A stretch of 13,815 bases of DNA, taken from contig NW_021825959.1 in the NCBI RefSeq assembly GCF_006345805.1, forward strand, positions 1-13,815, in the 5' to 3' direction. Below, piece by piece: positions 7,635-13,815 of this stretch. The translations under genes were made by a program, and so were the position numbers. Source of the DNA: Octopus sinensis (taxonomy: Eukaryota). Positions within the stretch are counted from its first letter, which is position 1. Every line of letters starts with the position of its first letter. The notes below the pieces were generated by a model. The model was not told the origin of the DNA and made no database searches. It worked only from the letters and a program-made list of their open reading frames with translations.

Positions 7635-7849
7635 AGAGGGGATGCTGAAAAGGTCCTGGATACGGATGAAAGAGAATACAGGAGGATCAGTAAATTACGA
7701 TTTCAATCAACATATCCCCTCTTACATTCACGCATTTATTGCAGCGGCCCTTCAGTTTTTCTAAGCCCTGTAAAAGAACTCGGAAGCTGGGTCTCCAAAT
7801 GGGTCTTTCGCGTTACCCTTAAAGCCAGGAACTTTCCAGCACCATCTCG
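7635..7849. mobile_element. Non-autonomous mariner-type MITE (215 bp)
   Basis: Imperfect terminal inverted repeats, 19 of 25 matches (AGAGGGGATGCTGAAAAGGTCCTGG versus reverse complement CGAGATGGTGCTGGAAAGTTCCTGG). Both ends are flanked by TATA (7631-7634, 7850-7853), consistent with a TA target duplication. No ORF. Confidence 0.8.
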
Positions 7850-7964
7850 TATAACGAGAGAAAAAGGCATATTTGAGATGTTCACTTAAAGAACAATATA
7901 ATACTTATCAGTTTTTTCAACCGAAATTTAATAATTTTATATCAGCAACAAGAATATGTATATT

Positions 7965-8079
7965 GCTATATCTATCACGTTGAAAGCACCGGTTCTCGTC
8001 TGATCACCGAAGTTAAGCAACGTCGAGCCTAGTCAGTACTTAGATGGTGACCGCTTGGGAAACCTAGGTGCAGTAAGCA
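7965..8079 (+). pseudogene. 5S rRNA pseudogene (dispersed single copy)
   Basis: TATCACGTTGAAAGCACCGGTTCTCGTCTGATCACCGAAGTTAAGCAACGTCGAGCCTAGTCAGTACTTAGATGGTGACCGCTTGGGAAACCTAGGTGCAGTAAGCA matches the invertebrate 5S consensus. The A box (AGTTAAGC) is intact and GCCTAG/CTAGGT pairing is kept. There is a 1-nt deletion in the C box (GATGG-TGA), a 1-nt deletion in GGGAA-AC, a degenerate 5' end and no oligo-T terminator. Confidence 0.92.
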
Positions 8080-8199
8080 TAGCACATTGTTGTAGTAAAG
8101 AAATATATATCTATTGTTACATAACGTGAAAGCATGGCTGTCTATCGTATAAATTTACCCCACTGTATGTACACAAAATGACGTATGCATATGTCAGTC

Positions 8200-8311
8200 A
8201 GAGAGAAAGAGAGAGACGAGGCAAGAGAAGGGAGAGAGAGACGAGGCAGGAGAAGGAGGAGAGAGAGAGACGAGGCAGGAGAGGTAAGAGAGAGAGAGAG
8301 AGACGAGAGAG
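8200..8311 (+). repeat. Purine-rich minisatellite, (GA)n-CGAGGCA unit, about 4 degenerate copies
   Basis: GAGAGACGAGGCA recurs three times, plus a truncated GAGAGACGAGA. Confidence 0.85.
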
Positions 8312-8424
8312 AATTGGTAAAAAGTCAATCTTTGAAACCGGAATAATCCTTTATTAAAAACATTCTTTTCTTTGCAGGAGTTCATCTGATATAATCTTTT
8401 TTTTTTTTTTCCACTTATTGCAGG

Positions 8425-8547
8425 CAATGGACTGCAGCCATGTTGAGGGACCACCTTGAACGTTTTTATTCGAACAAATAGACCAAAGTATATATATTTT
8501 TTCAAAATCTGGTACTTATTCTGACAGCATCTTTTAAGGAACCGCTA
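8425..8547 (-). mobile_element. Degenerate 3' fragment of the SINE family seen at 3741-4030
   Basis: Plus strand GACTGCAGCCATGTTGAGGGACCACCTT...GGTACTTATTCT...GAACCGCTA. The TACTTATTCT...GAAC(C/T)GCTA segment parallels 3809-3841. The family assignment is recalled, not searched. Confidence 0.55.
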
Positions 8548-8874
8548 TATATAAAGATAGTCATAACCTTAAACTTTTAAACGCTATGAGCGTTCCCTAT
8601 AATGAATCTTTATTTTGTTTTTTGATTATATATATTATAGCTATTCCAAAATAAACCGAAACACCTGCAGCAGATTTAGAAAAATGGTTGAAATAATTTA
8701 TGGATATTCTCATAATTTATTTACTTCACCAATTCATTTCTATATTAAATATTATGTATGCAGAAAGTTAAGTGCGTGGAGACTGCATGGATATTTTTGT
8801 TTGAATAAGTGAGAAAATATGTGCACGCTTAACATGTATACCGGTATGTGCGTGTGTGTATATTTATATATAGT

Positions 8875-9265
8875 GGAGACGCAATGGCCCAGTGGTTAGG
8901 GCAGCGGACTCGCGGTCATAGGATCGTGGTTTCAATTCCCAGACCGGGCGTTGTGAGTGTTTATTGAGCGAGAACACCTAATGCTCCACGAGGCTCCGGC
9001 AGGGGATGGTGGTGATCCCTGCTGTACTCTTTCACCACAACTTTCTCTCACTCTTACTTCCTGTTTCTGTTGTACCTGTATTTCAAAGGGCCGGCCTTGT
9101 CACTCTCTGTGTCACGCTGAATATCCCCGAGAACTACGTTAAGGGTACACGTGTCTGTGGAGTGCTCAGCCACTTACACGTTAATTTCACGAGCAGGCTG
9201 TTCCGTTGATTCGGATCAACCGGAACCCTCGTCGTCGTAACCGACGGAGTGCTTCCATTCCATTT
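8875..9265 (+). mobile_element. tRNA-derived SINE, full length, with candidate target-site duplication
   Basis: A box TGGCCCAGTGG, B box GGTTTCAATTCC, a long unique body and a (CCATT)2 tail. ATTTATATATA is present on both sides (8862-8872 and 9262-9272). Confidence 0.88.
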
Positions 9266-9279
9266 ATATATACCGGTAT

Positions 9280-9304
9280 ATACACACATATATACACACA
9301 CACG

Positions 9305-9362
<58 letters not shown>

Positions 9363-9430
9363 TACATATATGTATACATGCATACATATATATACAAGCA
9401 CGTACATATGTATGCATATATATATATAGA
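9280..9430. repeat. (CA)n/(TA)n compound microsatellite
   Basis: Read directly from the sequence. Confidence 0.93.
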
Positions 9431-9629
9431 TACTACTAATATAGGATGAAGTTTTTTTACAGAAAAAAATTCAATCAAAAAGTGCCAGCATATTAAAATC
9501 CCTTTAAATGTTAAAATTATAAACAACTTATAAACAAAGGCAAAAGAAAATTATTTCTATGCCAATATGGTTTTGGTATTTGAGTACTCCTTTTTCCACC
9601 TTGTTTCACATTTATGTGTTTACTACTCC

Positions 9630-9631
<2 letters not shown>

Positions 9632-9678
<47 letters not shown>

Positions 9679-9745
9679 ATATACATATATACATACACAC
9701 ACACAGATATATACATACATGTTTTTATCCATGTATGTATGTATA
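9632..9745. repeat. (TA)n/(CA)n/(TATG)n microsatellite
   Basis: Read directly from the sequence. Confidence 0.92.
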
Positions 9746-10073
9746 ACGATTACGGGCTGAGAGAAATTATTCAACGTGGCCAATGGTAAGTACTTGAACA
9801 AGACGAATAAAGATATATTCAATACGGTACACGATAAATCTTTGAATTTTGAAATTTAATACTGTTTCCAGAAAATGTGGAAGAATTGTTTGATGGCAAT
9901 CGGGGTTTACTCCTGATGAGAAAGGAAGACAACCTCAAGAACCAAGCAGTCTCTAAAGCGGACTGCTATGATTATTTCACAGCTTTACTTCATCTTCAGC
10001 AAGGAACTATAATATAACAAAGGAATAAGTATATCAAATTTCACGTTAACCATCACTATCATTGTCATAGTTG

Positions 10074-10295
10074 TCATCGTCGTCGTCATCATCATCATCA
10101 TCATCATCAACACCTGGAAATTACCCGATTTCCATGGCTTATAAGTAACCGACATGACGGACATTCCGCCTGAACGAGATGCCAGTCCGTCACAGAATTA
10201 CTCATTTGCAACTATGCGGACGGGGGCAGCGTAACTTCACTCACGTTTCCCTCAAGAACAAAGCGCACCGCCTTGTTCAGGAATCAAACCACGAT
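10074..10295 (-). mobile_element. Degenerate SINE related to 4559-4805, with adjacent (GAT)n tail-like tract
   Basis: Plus strand TTACTCATTTGCAAC...CTCAAGAACAAAGCGCACCGCCTTGTTCAGGAATCAAACCACGAT is a diverged reverse complement of 4600-4705. A (TCA)n/(TCG)n tract lies at 10074-10108. Confidence 0.7.
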
Positions 10296-10359
10296 GTGCC
10301 AATCATTCATCTAATTTGTTTTTTAAATTTTTGTTTTTTTCCTGTTGCAATTAATTTGT

Positions 10360-10511
10360 GAGCGGCGAACTGGCAAAATGCCTACCGACATTTCTTCTGG
10401 CTCAGGTTTGCCATTAATCCTTCTCACTTCGATAAAATAAAGTACCAATCAAGTACAAGAGTTGAGTGTGATGTAATCAACTTACCCTTCCCCTCAAAAT
10501 AGCTAATCTTG
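10360..10511 (+). mobile_element. Highly degenerate, internally deleted SINE (group of 6619-6855)
   Basis: GAGCGGCGAACTGGCAAAATGC head, TCGATAAAATAAAGTACCAA and GATGTAATCAACTTACCCTTCCCCTCAAAAT segments. Confidence 0.6.
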
Positions 10512-10650
10512 AATCCTGTAATTGACCGGCGTCCATTTGAGGGCGAAAGTTGTAATCTCAGCCACTTATATGACAATGCACACAGGGTGACCGTCGTTAT
10601 GAGTGCTGGGGCTCGTGAAAATGAAATGTATGAATACGCAAGGCATAAAT

Positions 10651-10851
10651 ATTGGTTTCAAATTTTGGCACATGGCTAGCAATTTCGAGGGAGGAGTTAA
10701 ATCGATTACATCGACCCCAATACTGAACTGATACTAATTTTAATCAACCTCGAAGGAAAGAAATGCAGAGACGACCTCGGCGGAAACTGAACTCAGAACG
10801 TAAAGACGGGCGAAACATATTGCCCGGCGCAATAACAATTCTGCCAGCTCG
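10651..10851 (-). mobile_element. tRNA-derived SINE, near full length (group of 6856-7054)
   Basis: Minus strand CGAGCTGGCAGAATTGTTATTGCGCCGGGCAA...CGTTCTGAGTTCAGTTTCCGCCGAGGTCG...GGGGTCGATGTAATCGATTTAACTCC...TGTGCCAAAATTTGAAACCAAT. Confidence 0.82.
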
Positions 10852-11119
10852 GTATAAGTATTTCTTTGTGTCTAAAAATTTCGGTTTCCCAGATACAAAG
10901 TTGGGCACCTGCTGTAGTGGATAATACGTGAACACAGATAAGATGGTACGTCAGTTTTAGCAAAGTCTTGAATCTTGAGGTTATAACCTTCTCATTTGGA
11001 ATTGGCGCCAATTGTAAGGAAAGGAATTCTTTATGTTCTCTGAAAGAAGAAGTTATTTCGATAAATCATAAACTGAAATTGTGTGATATATAATATAACA
11101 TTATTCGTCTGATATACAC

Positions 11120-11181
11120 AGGCACGCACACACACACACACACACACATACACACACGCACACACACACACACACACACAT

Positions 11182-11231
<50 letters not shown>

Positions 11232-11492
11232 TTGTGTGTGTGTGTGTGCGCGTGTATATAACTTGCGTGCAAATATATGTGTTCGTATGCATGCGTATAT
11301 GTATATAGACAAATATATACATATCTATGCATGGAAACACGCTCACATACCTACACACGCCACGCATGCGCGCACTCAGCACGAGCACACACACACTATC
11401 TATATGTAGCTATATATATCTATCTATATATCCATGGTGTGGTATGTATGTATATATATATATATATTATATATATATATATTATATATATG

Positions 11493-11523
<31 letters not shown>

Positions 11524-11555
11524 ATATATGTATATGTATATATGTATGTATGCAG
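11120..11555. repeat. (CA)n/(TA)n/(TG)n low-complexity block
   Basis: Read directly from the sequence. Confidence 0.93.
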
Positions 11556-11939
11556 TTTTGCATATCCTACGGTTAGGATTAATCTCAATATTTCAGAAGA
11601 ACGCTTATCCATTGTGTTTAACTCTATTTTCATTCTCTTTTGAACACCTCGTGGAGTTATAATATTACAAAACTGAAACATAGTCTTCGGGCACCAAATT
11701 ATCAAACACACACACACACACACATACATACACACACACATACGCATATTAATAGATATACGTGCATGTGTCTGTGTGTATATATATGCGAGCTTCACTG
11801 TGTTCGTATGCGTATGTATTGTTTGAGTAGAATTATAGTTATGCGTGTGAGTGTGATGTCTTTCAATGTACATATCAGGAGTGGTTCACGAACTTGTATA
11901 TATAAATAGATAATTGTGTGTGTATATGTATATGGTTTG

Positions 11940-11985
11940 CTTGTATATATGTGTGCATATATAATACATACATACATTATACATG

Positions 11986-12080
<95 letters not shown>
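11940..12080. repeat. Long interrupted (TA)n microsatellite
   Basis: Read directly from the sequence. Confidence 0.95.
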
Positions 12081-12082
<2 letters not shown>

Positions 12083-12436
12083 TATAAGCATGTATGTATC
12101 TATGTATCTGTGTGGAATAAAGTTTTCTTCAATACTAGAATATCAGAAATTTTCTTCTGGCAACTAACGAAAACAATTGAAAAATTCAAGATGCTTTTTT
12201 CCCATTCCCTCTAACATTTCTTTTCCCATCATTTTTCATGACGTATTTATGTTTGAGGCACACAATTTCGAACGCACACACACACACACACACTCTCACA
12301 CAAACACAAACACAAACACACACACATTCACATACACACATACACACGTATAGGTACATTTATATACGTACATGCTCTCATCTATGCAAAATAGATAAGG
12401 CCCATTGATCTCATACTCGGGAGCCAAAAAATCGTG

Positions 12437-12491
12437 CTATATACATACGTGTATATATATATATATAATATATAATATATATATATATATA

Positions 12492-12554
<63 letters not shown>

Positions 12555-12600
12555 GTATATATATATATATAATTATATATATATATATATATATATACCG
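12437..12600. repeat. Long interrupted (TA)n microsatellite
   Basis: Read directly from the sequence. Confidence 0.95.
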
Positions 12601-12899
12601 ATATAGATGTGTGTGTGTTTGTGAGTATAATTCTTTGCACACACTCACACACACGCATATACGATATGTATATATGTATTTATACAATGCTACATGCGTG
12701 CATAATGCGAATTCATACAGTCACGTTCAAACGGGGACTGAGAAATCTTTTTACAATTATTGACATACGTGCCTTCAATATACCATCAAAGGACGATGTA
12801 AATACACATCCGTGACAATACCATACATCGCCCGAAAGCATTAGCATAGACAAAGAATGATATTCTCATAAAGACTTTAGCAATATATAAAAATATAAA

Positions 12900-12925
12900 T
12901 ACCCATACATACACACACACACACA

Positions 12926-12981
<56 letters not shown>

Positions 12982-13068
12982 TATATATATATACACATAT
13001 ATACATACATACACACACACACATATATATACAGAGAAAGAGAGAGAGAGAGAAGTATATAGATAGAT

Positions 13069-13101
<33 letters not shown>

Positions 13102-13134
13102 CATATATATATACATACATATACATATATATAT

Positions 13135-13166
<32 letters not shown>

Positions 13167-13267
13167 CATATACATTTTGTGTATGTGTTTCTCTTTAAAT
13201 AGACATATCTGCACAAATATATACATATATGTATGTATATATATATATATGCATATATATATATATA

Positions 13268-13300
<33 letters not shown>

Positions 13301-13330
13301 ATATATATATATATATAAATAAACCTGATG
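12900..13330. repeat. Compound microsatellite (CA)n-(TA)n-(GA)n-(TAGA)n-(TA)n
   Basis: Read directly from the sequence, including about 9 TAGA units near 13064-13102. Confidence 0.95.
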
Positions 13331-13815
13331 TATATACCTATACAAGCATATGCATGCACACACATATGTTTGCATAATACGTACACACACATGTTCCTTT
13401 AACAAAAAAGAACCCCTTTGACTGTTACGCAGGAAAATATCTGCATTACGCTTATGGTTAACAGACACCTTATCGTAGACATTTAGTGGAATCTACCATA
13501 ATAAGAAGGATTTTGACATTTAAACATAGTAGAAAAGTATCTGCCTGTGTTTTTCTTTTTATATTTCTGGTGTTACTATTTATGTATGATGCAATAGTCT
13601 TGGTGTAATTTTGTACACTATTGACACGAAGATCTAGATAAATTCTATAGTAATATCATTTCATTTCTCTCTGACTGGAGCACGAGTGGCGTACAATTTT
13701 AAGTTACCCTTGAAAGAAAAGCTAATGAGAAGTCCCTTCTACTGCCGGAAAATCTGCGAGAAATAGGAACCAAATTAGCCTTTTGGTTGTTTTATGCTTT
13801 TGTTTCCTATGATAT

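Noticed and set aside
8361-8400. Strong acceptor ttcttttctttgcAG at 8376-8377
   Set aside because: Followed by stops or by a poly-T run and a SINE fragment, with no matching donor.
9913-9965. CUGAUGA box followed by a GAAAGG...CCUC partial stem
   Set aside because: The next bases are AAGAA, not GAAA, and no stem I or III forms. At most a heavily decayed relic.
11000-11013. Perfect 14-bp palindrome AATTGGCGCCAATT (E2F-like core)
   Set aside because: An isolated short motif with no promoter context. One such palindrome in 14 kb is not strong evidence of function.
2156-13468. Dozens of ORFs in the supplied track (YIYI, CVCV, HTHT-rich), including the 199-aa and 200-aa ones
   Set aside because: They are translations of (TA)n, (TG)n and (CA)n microsatellites or of SINE bodies, which lack stops by composition. 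No protein-family signal.
13704-13815. Frame open to the window end (TLERKANEKSLLLPENLREIGTKLAFWLFYAFVSYD)
   Set aside because: Only a weak AAG acceptor, no donor in the window and no recognised homology. It needs the downstream sequence.

Overview
AT-rich, microsatellite-dense eukaryotic DNA, most likely an octopus or other coleoid cephalopod (inferred from the SINE families, the mollusc-type 5S sequence and the (TA)n/(CA)n/(TATG)n load). Almost all ORFs in the supplied track are microsatellite artefacts. The window holds: a possible 3' end of a spliced protein-coding gene (phase-consistent small exons, 1-642); a dead DD37D (maT-type) Tc1/mariner transposase (1152-2127); a mariner-type MITE; about nine tRNA-derived SINE copies or fragments from at least four families; a 5S rRNA pseudogene; and a perfect 63-bp tandem duplication. 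The most interesting signal lies at about 2.7-5.3 kb. A ~506-bp unit is present twice in inverted orientation (2957-3462 and 4031-4536) and carries a type I hammerhead ribozyme at its outer end. The plus-strand copy (4435-4502) keeps all core nucleotides and a GUC site. The minus-strand copy carries two core substitutions. Nearby are a 107-bp-arm fold-back palindrome and the 3' half of a second, different hammerhead. This pattern resembles the ribozyme-bearing termini of Penelope-like retroelements or non-LTR retrozymes, but no reverse transcriptase is visible, so that assignment is inference. All alignments and counts were done by eye.
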